DNA from: the human T2T-CHM13v2.0 reference genome, Homo sapiens
Length of the DNA stretch: 64,000 bases
Assembly: GCF_009914755.1 (NCBI RefSeq)
Contig: NC_060945.1
Direction: 5' to 3' (one strand)
How positions within the stretch are numbered: position 1 is the first letter of the stretch; the number at the start of each line of letters is the position of its first letter. Below are positions 1 to 18,569 of the stretch, piece after piece. A model generated the notes under the pieces. That model did no database searches. It was not told the DNA's origin and was given only the letters and a program-made list of their open reading frames with translations. A program made the position numbers and the translations under genes.

Positions 1-400
1 TCTTTATGTATAAAAACCATGAAAGACAATCCAGGCAATACCATCCTGGATATAGGAATGGGCAAAGATTTCATGATAGAAAGACCAAAAGCAACAGCAA
101 GAAAAGCAAAAATTAACAAGTAGGATTTAATTAAAGTAAAGAGATTTTGCATAGCAGAAAAAAAACTATTAACAGAGTAAACAGAAAACCTATGGAGTGG
201 AAAAAAATATTTGTAAACTATCCATCTAACAAAGGTCTAATATCTAGCATCTATAAGGAACTTAAATTTACAAAAGAAAAACAACCCCATTAAAAAGTGG
301 GCAAAGACAATGGACAGTTTTCGAAAGAAGACATACATGAGGCCAAGAAGTGTATGAGAAAAAGCTCAGCATCAATGATAGTTAGAGAAATGAAAATTAA
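1..400 (+). mobile_element. Older LINE-1 (L1PA/L1PB-type) ORF2 3' fragment, running off the window start
   Basis: L1 ORF2 3'-region sequence (GGCAAAGATTTCATG..., AACCCCATTAAAAAGTGGGCAAAG, GAAGACATACATG), heavily diverged; ends abruptly at an Alu. Confidence 0.85.
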
Positions 401-599
401 GTGATCCTTGTGCCTCAGTCTCCCAAATAGCTGGGACTACAAGCAAGCACCACAATGCCCAGACAATTTTTGAATTTTTAGTAGAGATGGGATTTTGCCA
501 TGTTTCCATGGCTGGTCTTGAACTCCTGAGCTTAAGTGATCAGCCTGCCTCAGCCTCCCAAAGTTTTGGGATTACAAGTGTGAGCCACCATGCCTGGAC
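401..599 (-). mobile_element. Partial AluJ lacking its 3' end and tail
   Basis: Reverse-strand Alu motifs CTGGGACTACA, GTAGAGATGGG, GAACTCCTGAGCTTAAGTGATC, GGATTACAAGTGTGAGCCACC. Confidence 0.85.
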
Positions 600-679
600 T
601 CCATTATTCAATCTAAGAACTGCATGCAGAAATGTGTTCAGGTTTTAAAATTTTATTCACTTCTGCACTGATACTTTCA

Positions 680-813
680 AACCAAATTTTATAGCAGCAT
701 CATTTACAGTAAAAAATTTAAAAAGAAATCCAGATATCTTCTAAGAGTCAAACAGACAAAGAAAATATGGTATATACACACAACAGAATATTATTTATCC
801 TTAAAATGAATGT
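680..813 (+). mobile_element. Old L1M 3'-region fragment, the 5' flank of the L1PA4 element
   Basis: TAGCAGCATCATTTACAGT...AAGAAAATATGGTATATACACACAACAGAATATTATT resembles L1M 3' end sequence. Confidence 0.6.
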
Positions 814-1843
814 GGGGGGGAGGAGCCAAGAAGGCCGAATAGGAACAGCTCCGCTCTACAGCTCCCAGTGTGAGTGACGCAGAAGATGGGTGATTTCTGC
901 ATTTCCAACTGAGGTACCAGGTTCAACTCACTGGGGAGTGCCAGACAGTAGGTGCAGGACAGTGGGTGCAGTGCACCGTGCATGAGCCGAAGCAGGGCAA
1001 GGCATTGCCTCACCAGCGAAGTGCAAGGGTTCAGGGAATTCCCTTTCCTAGTCAAAGAAAGTGGTGACAGATGGCATCTGGAAAATCGGGTCACTCCCAA
1101 CCTAACACTGCACTTTTCCAACAGGCTTAAAAAATGTCACACCAGGAGATTATATCCTGCACCTGGCTCAGAGAGTCCTACGTCTACAGAGCCTCACTCA
1201 TTGCTAGCACAGCAGTCTAAGATGAAACTGCAAAGTGGCAGTGAGGCTGGGGGAGGTACGCCCGCCATTGCTAAGGCATGAGTAGGTAAACAAAGTGGCC
1301 AGGAAGCGGGAACTGGGTGGAGCCCACCACAGCTCAAGGAGGCCTGCCTGCCTCTGTAGGCTCCACCTCTGGGGACAGGGCACAGACAAACAAAAAGACA
1401 GCAGTAACCGCTGCAGACTTAAATATCCCTCTCTGACAGCTTTGAAGAGTGTAGTGGTTCTCCCAGCTTGCAGCTTGAGATCTGAGAATGGACAGACTGC
1501 CTCCTCAAGTGGGTCTCTGACTCCTGAGTAGCCTAACTGGGAGGCACCCCCCAGTATGGTTGGACTGAAACCTCACACAGCCTGGTACTCTTTTGAGACA
1601 AAATTTCCAGAGGAACAATCAGGCAGCAGCATCTGCGGTTCACCAATATCCGCTGTTCTGCAGTGAGAGCTGCTGATAAGCAGGCAAACAGGGTCTTGAA
1701 TGGACCTCCAGTAAACTCCAACAGACCTGCAGCTGAGGGTACCGACTGTTAGAAGGAAAACTAACAAACAGAAAGGACATTCACACCAAAAACCCATCTG
1801 TACATCACCATCATCAAAGCCCAAGTTAGATAAAACCACAAAG
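814..1843 (+). promoter_or_regulatory. L1 5'UTR (sense and antisense promoter region), with altered YY1 site and truncated ORF0
   Basis: YY1 motif reads CAAGAAGGCC instead of CAAGATGGCC (826-835); antisense ORF0 ATG at 1268 gives MAGVPPPASLPLCSFILDCCASNE then TGA at 1196-1194; ~1591-1719 is the segment absent from L1PA2/L1HS. Confidence 0.8.
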
Positions 1844-2758
1844 ATGGGAAACAAATAGAGCAGAAAAACTGGAAACTCTAAACTTCAGAACACCTCTCCA
1901 CCTCCAAAGGAACACAGCTCCTCACCAGCAATGGAACAAAGCTGGATGGAGAATGACTTCGATGAGTTGAGAGAAGAAGGCTTCAGATGATCAAACTTCT
2001 CTGAGCTACAGGAGGAGATTCGAACCAATGTCAAAGAAGATAAAAACTTTGAAAAAAAAATAGATGAATGGATCACTAGAATAACCAATGCAGAGAAGTC
2101 CTTAAAGGACCTGATGGAGCTGAAAACCAAGGCATGAGAACTACGTGATGAATGCAGAAGCCTCAGTAGCCGATGCGATCAACCGGAATAAAGGGTATCA
2201 GTGATGGAAGACAAAAGGAATGAAATGAAGCGAGAAGAGAAGTTTAGCAAAAAAGAATAAAAAGAAATGAACAGAGCCTCCAAGAAATATGGGACTATGT
2301 AAAAAGACCAAATCTATGTCTGATTGGTGTACCTGAAAGTGACGGGTAGAATGGAACCAAATTGGAAAACACTCTGCAGGATATTATCCAGGAGAACTTC
2401 CCCAATCTAGCAAGGCAGGCCAACATTCAAATTCAGAAAATACATAGAAGGCCACAAAGGTACTCCTCGAGAATAGCAACTCCAAGACACATAATTGTCA
2501 GATTCACCAAAGTTGAAATGAATGAAAAAATGTTAAGGGCAGCCTGAGAGAAAGGTTGGGTGACCCACAAAGGGAAGCCAATCAGACTAACATCTGGGGG
2601 CCAATATTCAACATTCTTAAAGAAAAGAATTTTCAACCCAGAATTTCATATCCAACCAAACTAAGCTTCATAAATGAAGTAGAAATAAAATACTTTACAG
2701 ACACGCAAATGCTGAGAGATTTTGTCTCCAACAGGCCTGCCCTAAAAGAGCTCCTTAA
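1844..2758 (+). pseudogene. L1 ORF1p remnant; its last codons lie at 6014-6077
   Basis: ATG GGA AAC AAA TAG (stop at codon 5); ORF1p peptides ENTLQDIIQENFPNLARQANIQIQ and WGPIFNILKEKNFQPRISYP; ~37-bp net deletion near 2592. Confidence 0.9.
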
Positions 2759-5730
<2,972 letters not shown>

Positions 5731-6002
5731 CAAAGATGAGAAATAACCTGTAGTTATATGACTTAAGTTTAGAGTGAGTTTTATTTTTTGCTCTGCTTGA
5801 TAAGTATTAGGATAATGCAAGTGTATACTATTCAGTTTAAATAGATAAAGAATTTTTTAATCACAGCTTGAACGGATAAATATTCTTTTTGTTCATCTGA
5901 ATAATTAAAAATAATATTGCTAGTGTAAAATCACTCCCATATTGCTTTGATTTGTAAGGTCAACCTCGTTTAAATAAAAAGAAAAACAATGTTAAAAAAA
6001 AA
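5731..6002 (+). other. L1-mediated 3' transduction (~263 bp of unique sequence) with a second poly(A)
   Basis: Non-L1 AT-rich sequence between the L1 poly(A) and a second A-run (5994-6002); AATAAA at 5973-5978; lies inside the TSD pair. Confidence 0.85.
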
Positions 6003-6140
6003 GAGCTCCTTAAAGAAGCGCTAAACATGGAAAGGAACAAGTGGTACCAGCCACTGCAAAAACATGCCAAATTGTAAAGACCATCGAGGCTACAAAGAAA
6101 CTGCATCAACTAACGAGCAAAATAACCAGCTGACATCTTA

Positions 6141-9977
<3,837 letters not shown>

Positions 9978-10209
9978 ACAATGAGAACACATGGACACAG
10001 GAAGAGGAACATCACACACCATGGACTGTTGTGGGTTAGGGGAAGGGGGCAGGGATAGCATTAGGAGATATACCTAATGCTAAATGATGAGTTAATGGGT
10101 GCAGCACACCAACATGGCACATGTATACATATGTAACAAACCTGCACGTTGTGTACATGTACCCTAAAACTTATAGTATAATAATAATAAAATAAAATAA
10201 AAATATATA

Positions 10210-11230
10210 AAAGAGAGGAAGTAAGCCATGCTGATTCCTGATGAGAAAGCATTCCAAGCAAAGGGGACCACACATGCAAAGGCCCTGAGGCAGCAGCACA
10301 ACTGCCTGGTGTCTTTGAAGATTGCAAAATAGAGGGGAGACTGACTGGACTAGACATCAGAGAAGTGTCAGGGGACAAGATGGTTTAAAACATTCCTAGC
10401 CATGGAAGGTTTTAAGCAGATGAAAACATTATTTGCCTTATGCTTTGAAAAGACTTACTCTGGATCACCTGAGGTCAGGAGTTTGAGACCTGCCTGGCCA
10501 ACATGGCAAAACCCCATCTCTATTAAAAACACAAAAATTAGCCAGGCTTGGTTGTGCATGCCTGTAGTCCCAGCTACTTGGGAGGCTGAGGCAGGAGAAT
10601 CACTTGAACCCAGGAGTTAGAGGTTGTAGTGAACCCAGATTGCACCACTGCACTCCAGCCTGGGCGACAGAGGAGACTCCGTCTCAAAAAAAAAAATAAA
10701 TAAGGACTTACTCTGGTTGCTCAGTGAAGAACAAAGTACAAGGAGAAAGAGAAAGTGGGAGAGGAGTTAGGAGGCTATTTTCATAATCCATGAAAGCAAT
10801 GACGTAAAGTGAAGCAGGGTGTACATAATGGGTGTGGCAAGGGAAGCTCAGATTCTTAATACAGTTCAACAGTGTATGCCGATATGAGGTGTAAGAAACA
10901 AAGAGGGGTCAAGACAAGTTTTCTGGCCTAATGGCTGGTACACTGGAAGTGCTATTTACTGAGACGGAGACGACGGAGGAGTGTTGGGCCCAGGGGTTGA
11001 AGGTGGAGGATCAAGAATTCCCTTATGGATGTGTGATAGTTGAGTTGTCTATTAGTCTTCCAAGTGGTGATAATCAGCAGATAATTAGATATGAGTCTAA
11101 ATTTTAGAGGAGAGGTAGGAGCTGGAAATATGTGTTCATGGACCATGCACATATACATGGAATTTAATGCCATTGGGCTTCATGAGATCACAGAGGCATG
11201 AGTGCACCTAGAAAAACGGTTGAGAACGGT
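10210..11230 (-). mobile_element. L2 fragment interrupted by an Alu
   Basis: AGCATTCCAAGCAAAGGGGACCACACATGCAAAGGCCCTGAGG and GATATGAGTCTAAATTTTAGAGGAGAGG resemble reverse-strand L2 3' region. Confidence 0.7.
10462..10703 (+). mobile_element. 5'-truncated AluS
   Basis: GGATCACCTGAGGTCAGGAGTTTGAGACC...GTCTCAAAAA; TSD GACTTACTCTGG at 10452-10463 and 10705-10716. Confidence 0.92.
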
Positions 11231-11879
11231 TAAAAGGTAAATGTTCCTTCTACATTTTGAATTTATAGAAATAATGACACAGTAGCCAGTTGCTGAAACG
11301 CTACCCAGTTCAGAGTAAAACAAATTTCCTATTTTATCAAATCATTGAATGCCATTTAAAATTCATAATACTTGCAGAGATCCCAAATATCTTAATAAAG
11401 ATGAAAGCCTAAGATCACATTGGTGGCCTAGACTCTGCCTTCCCTGATCGTCTATTTAAAAATAATAATAATGATAATAATAAGAAGAAATATTCATGGA
11501 TCACTAGATATGGTGAAATACACTCAAAGGTAGATTCATTTCTTTTCTACTATACCCTTGTAACTATCAGTCTATAAAATAGTTTTATTAGAAAGGCACA
11601 GTCACCCTCAAGCCAATAGCAGCTTATAAATATGGGGCAAGGAGCCTGGTGTGGGGAGGCTGAGAAATAATTGAGAGAACCAGTAGATATGAAGCTAACA
11701 AATAACACTGTCGAGCAGAATGAGGCAGATAAGCCAGAGGCAGTGCAAATGGCCGGTCAAGACAGGTAGACAGACAGAAGCCAGGAGTGAGAGATGGGAG
11801 GTCCAAAGTGCAATAAAATACTCAAGAACCAGTGAATCCATGGGAGCTTACAGCGGGGTGGGGCGCATGAAGGGAGGAG

Positions 11880-12380
11880 CATCCAGGTAGAGGGGAAGGA
11901 ATGGAGGTGTGAACAGGAGGCAGGAGGGCACAAGCTATTTGATATGTTTGGAGAGCGAGGTGCTTTTCTGAGGCTGAGAAAATAACGGGAAGCCAGAATC
12001 TGGAGGACTGGGTAGACCATGTTAAACAGCAAGCACTTGATTCTGCACGTGTTGGACGCCAGTGCAGGGCTTCTAAGCAAGGCAGTGACATGATCACATC
12101 ACATTTTAGGAAGGGTACAAATTAGGCATGGCCACAGGCAGGAAGACCCGAGAGATCTCTTACAGTCAGGGATAAGAGTCTAAACGACAAGGTGGCCATG
12201 AACATTCAAAGAAAGAAGACTGAAGAGACTTTAGAGGGCAGGCCCCACGGGACCTGAGTGAAGGGGTTTGGGAGACTCACAGCTTTCTGCTGTGAAGTCA
12301 AGGATATCACAAACTATCGGAATGAAAGAAACAGTCCTAGGGCTAGGGGTAGGTGGATGAATGTGGTTCCATTTTGAACA
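11880..12380 (-). mobile_element. Degenerate L2 fragment
   Basis: TTCTAAGCAAGGCAGTGACATGATCACATCACATTTTAGGAAG is an L2-like motif. Confidence 0.5.
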
Positions 12381-13366
12381 AGAGGAGAAAATTCAGGTAA
12401 TTCATTTTGATTGATCAAGCAAAATAATTTGCAGCTGAACATTATAGAAGCAACAACAATTCTTATGATATTGGGGTATAGGAAACAGGCTCAAGAAAGC
12501 ACAGTATTTCCTGTTTCTCTTCTGATTCAATAAATAATATTTTCTGTTAAGGTTTTTGATAACTGTTGTTTTAATTAATCAAAAGGAGACAAGATAAATT
12601 TGAACTTAAAAGCATAAGAAAATCAGTTGTCTTTTTAGAAAAGGTGAGTCAGTATTTCCTATGGTCTTAAATCATCCTTCAAATAATGGTCCATGAAACA
12701 AATGAGATCCTACTTATCTAGCCTTTTCCTTGATAGATTAAAAACTGTACCAAAATCTTACTATATTGCAAAGACACTAGTTCACTCAATTGAGAATCCT
12801 CAGTATACAAACATATAAATCAAGGGAACTTTAAAACCAATAATTGTGTTCAAAATGGGAAGATTATTCCAAATTTTTTCTACATATTTTAGAATAATTT
12901 CACAGTTAAACACCCTGTAGCTTATAAAATCATTATCCAGTATTTAATAAGGTATATCTATAACCATATCAACATTGGAATTTAACAGTTTACAAAGCAC
13001 TTTTGATACATCACATTTACATGAAGGTGGCAACGAGTTCAGTACATTCATGCAGATTAGAAAACAGTAGTTTTTGAAGATTGTATTTGTTCATGTAAGT
13101 CAGAAGGTTTGAACTATTTCCTACCCCTGCTATCGGTTTAAGCCTAAGAAATGTTATTCATTATGATTTGGTCTTTAAATAAATCACGAAGGTAGAGGGT
13201 AGAGCACACCCCATGAATGCATTGAGGTGCCGTAAGACTCCAACGCCAGAGGCGGCAGGTTGGAATTTAGTTCAATCATGAATTTGTTATGAGAACTCTG
13301 ACAAGCTTCAGCTCTAAAGTAAGCTTGGAAACACAAAGAAACTCTGCGAAAAATACTGAACACAGA

Positions 13367-13389
13367 CACACACACACACACACACACAC
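13367..13389. repeat. (CA)n microsatellite
   Basis: Read directly from sequence. Confidence 0.9.
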
Positions 13390-14411
13390 TCCTCTCTTTT
13401 AAGACTGGCATAGAAGAGGTAAGTGTACCAACAAGCAACCTCCAAAGAGCAAATGAAACAGAAAATTCAAACGAGTACCTGGTAGGAGTTGTAACTTCAA
13501 CAAAGTGCCTCTCATATCTGCCTCATAAACCCGTACTCATTTTTCACAACTAACTCAAATAGCACCTCCTCAGTGACACCTTTCCTGTTCTGCCTACCAG
13601 ATATATCTGCAGACCTCGTGTATCCTCTAGCCCAGAACACAGGGCATCTTATACAGGGGGCTCTGTCTACAAGGGGCTCTATGCTTTGACAGGAACTGTG
13701 AAACTATGGGCAGCAGTTTTTCAATTCATGTTTGTGGCTCTCATTACAAATGTCCTGCCTCAGGAACCCAGCAGGTGGTAATAAATGCTGGTTGAACACT
13801 AAAACCTTGGAATGCTACATCATTATTCTAAAGGATAGTCATTTTTTAAAACATTTTGGAAGTTCTTTTGAAACTGACTTTTTAGATTATGAAAATATCT
13901 CAGTGATAGGTTTTGATTTTCCAAGTTAGACCTTATTTTATTTTAGAAACCGTCAAAGTTATACAAAACCAAGCATGTGTCTCTGTGCATTTTGTTTTCT
14001 CTCCTCCCTTAATGGTAAGGAAGGGTTTCATCTCTTTTATAGGCCAAATGCTCCACAAATGAATGTGTTAACGAACGAACAAATTAATAAATGACAAGAA
14101 TGAGAGCTCAAACTGCATAAAAGTATACTTACTTAAAAATGAGATGTGACGATTGCTAACATGTCATAACCAGACTCTGTCCTGACTTCGGCAAGCCACA
14201 ACTTTGACAATAAAGAGGAAAGAGGATCAAGTCCCTAAATACCGCAGTTGCACTAAGACCTTCTCACGTGCCCGAAGAAGATACACTTGCAGAGGAGAAA
14301 TGATGATGCAGAGGCCTGCTCCAAGATGCAGGAGGAAGTTTAATTGCCAGTGAATTTGACTGGAATGGAAGTCAAACGAGGTTTGAAAGGAAATAGAGAT
14401 TGTTAAACTCC

Positions 14412-14668
14412 TGACTAGGCGATAACTGCCGTCCTTCTCTTCTATCTGTCCCTGTTACTAGGCAATAACTGCCCTCCTTCTCTTCTATCTGCCCCTGTGA
14501 CTAGGCGATAACTGCCCTCCTTCTCTTCTATCTGCCCCTGTGACTAGGCGATAACTGCCGTCCTTCTCTTCTATCTGCCCCTGTGACTAGGCGATAACTG
14601 CCCTCCTTCTCTTCTATCTGTCCCTGTGATTAGGCGATAACTGCCCTCCTTCTCTTCTATCTGCCCCT
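14412..14668. repeat. Minisatellite, 43-bp unit x 6
   Basis: Unit TGACTAGGCGATAACTGCCCTCCTTCTCTTCTATCTGCCCCTG starting at 14412, 14455, 14498, 14541, 14584 and 14627, with few substitutions. Confidence 0.95.
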
Positions 14669-14869
14669 ACCTTGGGCCCCAAATGACTCAGCACTAAAGT
14701 GCCTTGAGCAGGCTCCAGCCCAAAAGTGGCCTCCACGGGCATCACTTCCCGCTCTGCTGTCCTGCCTTGCTTTCCTCCTGGCAGGGAAGAAAAAAGGAAG
14801 GAAAGAAGACCCTGAGCTGGAATCATACATATCATCGCAATTCATCCACACTGCAGTCCTGTAAGGTAT

Positions 14870-14990
14870 GTGCCATTGTACTCAGAAAACTGAGGCTCAA
14901 AGAGATTGAGCAACTTATCTAAGACCTCACAGGTCCTGAGAGCAGAGCCTGGATTTCAAACACCTGGGAGACTCTGAAATCCATGTTAGC
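14870..14990 (-). mobile_element. MIR core fragment
   Basis: AGAAAACTGAGGCTCAAAGAGATTGAGCAACTTATCTAAGACCTCACAG...GCAGAGCCTGGATTTCAAAC. Confidence 0.75.
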
Positions 14991-16453
14991 TCTTCTATAC
15001 ATGGGCCCAAAATGCAGCTATACACCAGCAAGACTGACTTCCTCTTGTGGCTTATCACTAGCTCTGAATACAAGAATCTTCCAAATGCTTTATAAACAAT
15101 AGTAGCATCATGGGAATAAGTTGGCAAGTTCCCAGAATTACTGTTTTAGATGCACTTGAACTTTTTCTCCATGTATAGAGTCAGGAATAAGGAAAAAGGA
15201 TCCAAAGGAGAAGGAGAAAAATAAAACGGGACTGAGCCTTATACTTCTGGACCAGAACAGATAATGTTGGGATTTTCCTTCCTTTTTTTCCAGACAAATC
15301 CAATAAAGACGTCTGTTTCTGTTACCTAAAACCAACTTGAAAAGTTTGCTCCCTCCTACCTTAAGCGGCTTTGTATAGAGCCCACAGTTGAACGTTGGTT
15401 CCAACGGCAAAGGTTAATTGCAAAGTTTTTATAGTGTTATTCAAAGCACGTTTGATTTCAGCCTTGGCAACCATGGGCAGAATGTCAGCAATGCTCCCTC
15501 TATTAGCTATTGGAGAGAAAACACTGTGAAACTCTAAGACCTTGGTTATTAGGCCAATGAAACATTTATGCCCTGATCAGATGGAGGAAAACTTCAGCAG
15601 GGTTAGTGAGACACCTTCCGAGTGTACCAATGAAGCTCTTGCCTGCTGTTACAGATAAATGACTTTCATTTCACTATTGGCTTGTGCTTGAGAAGGTTAT
15701 TCAATTGATTCCAGTTTTTTGCAATGCCTTGAAGGCAAATAATGTTGTAGCATCCACTGTCCTCATAATACACTGTTTCTTTTCTAAGGAAGGTTGTTGT
15801 CATAATACCCTAGATATTAACAGAAAATATTCCACTTCTTATCATATATTAATTTGGCTCTGGAATAAGTAAATGTAACTACCAGAATGCTAATGAGGAT
15901 GTTACGCTGATGTTTATTTGTGTGTTCTAATCTGTAGATAAACAGCAAGGTCTCTTATATTTCATGATTCCAAGTCTCAGGCCACAGCAGGACAAGTATC
16001 AAAACATCTATTCTCAATTCGGAGTTGAGATTTCTAATAAGAATTCTATTTTATCCATAATCATAAAATAGCACCAGGAAAAGTCAATATCTAAAAATAC
16101 AGATCGTTGAAAAGTAGATCTTTCTGCCCTTAACATAAACAAACTGTAAAATCTGAAGTTAAAATTATTCCTTGTACCAGCCTCCTAATTTACCCAGAGT
16201 TAACAGAAAAGTTATAGCAGTGCATGAAGCTGTGAGGTTTTGATGGGTGTAGATATAGACATCCAATTCTGCCATTTCACACTAGTCAGAATACCAGTCA
16301 TAGAAATCCCACAGGAAAAATCATTTCTGAAGGTATCTGGTCTTATGGATTATAAAATTAATCTTTCTTATCATTGTACCTAAACCGAAATATGCTTCCT
16401 ATACAAAGAAGGTTTATTTCAAGAGTTAAGACCACCTCCCGCCATCCCCCTTA

Positions 16454-16479
16454 ACACACACACACACACGCACACACAC

Positions 16480-16512
<33 letters not shown>
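16454..16512. repeat. Compound (CA)n(GA)n microsatellite
   Basis: Read directly from sequence. Confidence 0.9.
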
Positions 16513-17274
16513 ATTGAGAGCATTAGTGGTTTTCTCCCTTAGACTGATTTTTTCTTGCTGTTATTTTTAGCCACTTTGTTAACGGTGGGGTTAAAAGGCA
16601 GGATAGATGTAACACCCATTTCACATACATGTTGCAACATCAGAGATGCTAGTCTTCATTAAAAATACCAGTTCTAAATTCCTTCTAAAATATATTTTTA
16701 AAAATCAGTACACTTGGTACCTTGGAAATGCTGAAATGTTATCATGAAGGCTGGTTATTTGTTATGAGTCAACTGTCTATTATCTTCAATATAAACTATA
16801 ATTTACTGGTCTGAACACTCTTCCTATCTTACCTGTATATACTCAAAGGGAGCAATTTCTCATGTTTAGCAAATTGTTCTTTAGGTAATTTGTTCTTTAG
16901 CTTTTTTGTACAAAAGTACAAAATAGTTATCACAGCAAACTTTCCAGTATTTATTATTTTGAAGGTATATATTTTGGAGTGAACTTTTTTTTTTTGCCAT
17001 GTCAGGCTTGAGCAGGATAGCAAATATATAAATTGAGCTCTCTAATTATAATCTCAATATATGAATTCTTGCTAATTAAAATACTTTGCACAAGCAAAAA
17101 CAATTGCCACGTATGTGTTTAGGAGGTAGTTAAGTAACTCCATATAAAAATAAGTGCACTTTCCCCTCCTTTCTTCAGTGACTAGAAAACTTCCATACTT
17201 TTAAAATAATCAAATAATAATTTAGAGAGCAACAGCCCTCAACTCTTTGCTGGTGCTTATCACACTGCCTTTCT

Positions 17275-17642
17275 TCACTCCATTCTTAGCTCTGCTAGTT
17301 TCTTCTTGTCTGTAATGATAATAAGGGAATGTGGGTGGGTCAGCACTCCTGTGTAAGTCCCCTTTCCAAATTTACCTTCCAAAAAGCCAACCAAATAAAC
17401 AACCAAAAAATTGTGCAACAAAACACAAATAGCATTCCAACAGCTTGGCAAGTGATGCATTCACCTGAGATTGAGTGGTTTTAGGCGGTCAGTAACAAAA
17501 TGCTTCTTTGCTGTCTCAGTAGAAAGGCAACAAATTCTTCAAAGAAACCAAGAAAGTTACTACCTTGACAACGTCTCTCATTACTGTCCTCCTCTTATGT
17601 CTTTTCTCTCCACATTATCTGTTGTGTATCTACTATAGAAGG
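17275..17642 (-). pseudogene. Candidate last two exons of an unidentified gene or unprocessed pseudogene (17642-17564 and 17309 onward)
   Basis: Acceptor ctgtatgttttgtag|, donor AAG|gtagta, second acceptor gctgac...ttattatcattacag|; followed by repeat-free 3'UTR-like sequence; no homologue recognised. Confidence 0.3.
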
Positions 17643-18224
17643 CTACAAAACATACAGCAGAAAGGATGGCTTGAAGGCAATTGGTATTTGTAAATAAATT
17701 CACAACAAGGTCCAAGCTGAAGAGGTGAACACATCAGCCACGTGGGACAATTCTCAGCATGTGCAAACATAGGCAAATTCTAGCCTATGTTACATTGAAA
17801 ACAATGTCAGTGCATTTTTTTCATGTTAAAGATTTTTTAAAAGCTAAAGCGTGTTCTTTGCTATGCTGACCACAAACAAGTTTTAAGAGTTTCGGAAGTC
17901 TGGCTAAAATAGAAAAAAAAAAAAAAAAGCTGAAGCAACATTGAACCGCACAATATAAGCATTAGGCATGCACAAATTTTCAAAACAAAGGAAGGAAATC
18001 ATCCCTCTCTACAACATGGTTAGGCTGATTTTTAAGAAATAAAATGTAAGATATCAGAAAAGCAAATGTTTGGCACCTACATATCCAATATCTGGCACCG
18101 TGCAGAGTAGAAGAGTGAAAGAAATAATGAAGAACAAAGTGGTTACTTTGCTTCAGGAGTTCATGATCTATAGTTAGAAACCAATATAAACATTTTGAGT
18201 ATATTTCAAAGAAAGAGAAAATCA

Positions 18225-18366
18225 GGCCGGGTGTGGTGGCTTGCACCTCTAGTAATAACACTTTGGGAGGCTGAGGTGGGAAGATTGCTTGAGCTCATGA
18301 GTTTGATACCAGCCTGAGAAATATAGTAAAACCTCATATCTATACAAAAATTAATTTAAAAAAAAG
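18225..18366 (+). mobile_element. FLAM or AluJ left monomer
   Basis: GGCCGGGTGTGGTGGCTTGCACC...GATTGCTTGAGCTC...ACCAGCCTG, followed by an A tail. Confidence 0.85.
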
Positions 18367-18569
18367 CAGAGCAAAAATAAATATGAAAGAAAACATTAGA
18401 AATCAGAGCTCGGGCAAAGAGTTCAACGTAAGCAAAGCAGCTCTGCCCTGGGGGACCTCTGGAGCATCCCAGCTTCCTGTAGAGGCCCCACCACATGGCC
18501 CTTTCCCATCACTGGGAACCGTCTTCTGTATCATGCCAGGATTTTCCCCCAAACTTCTCAACCTAATTT

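Noticed and set aside
14412-14668. CRISPR-like array
   Set aside because: Head-to-tail units with no unique spacers, in primate DNA.
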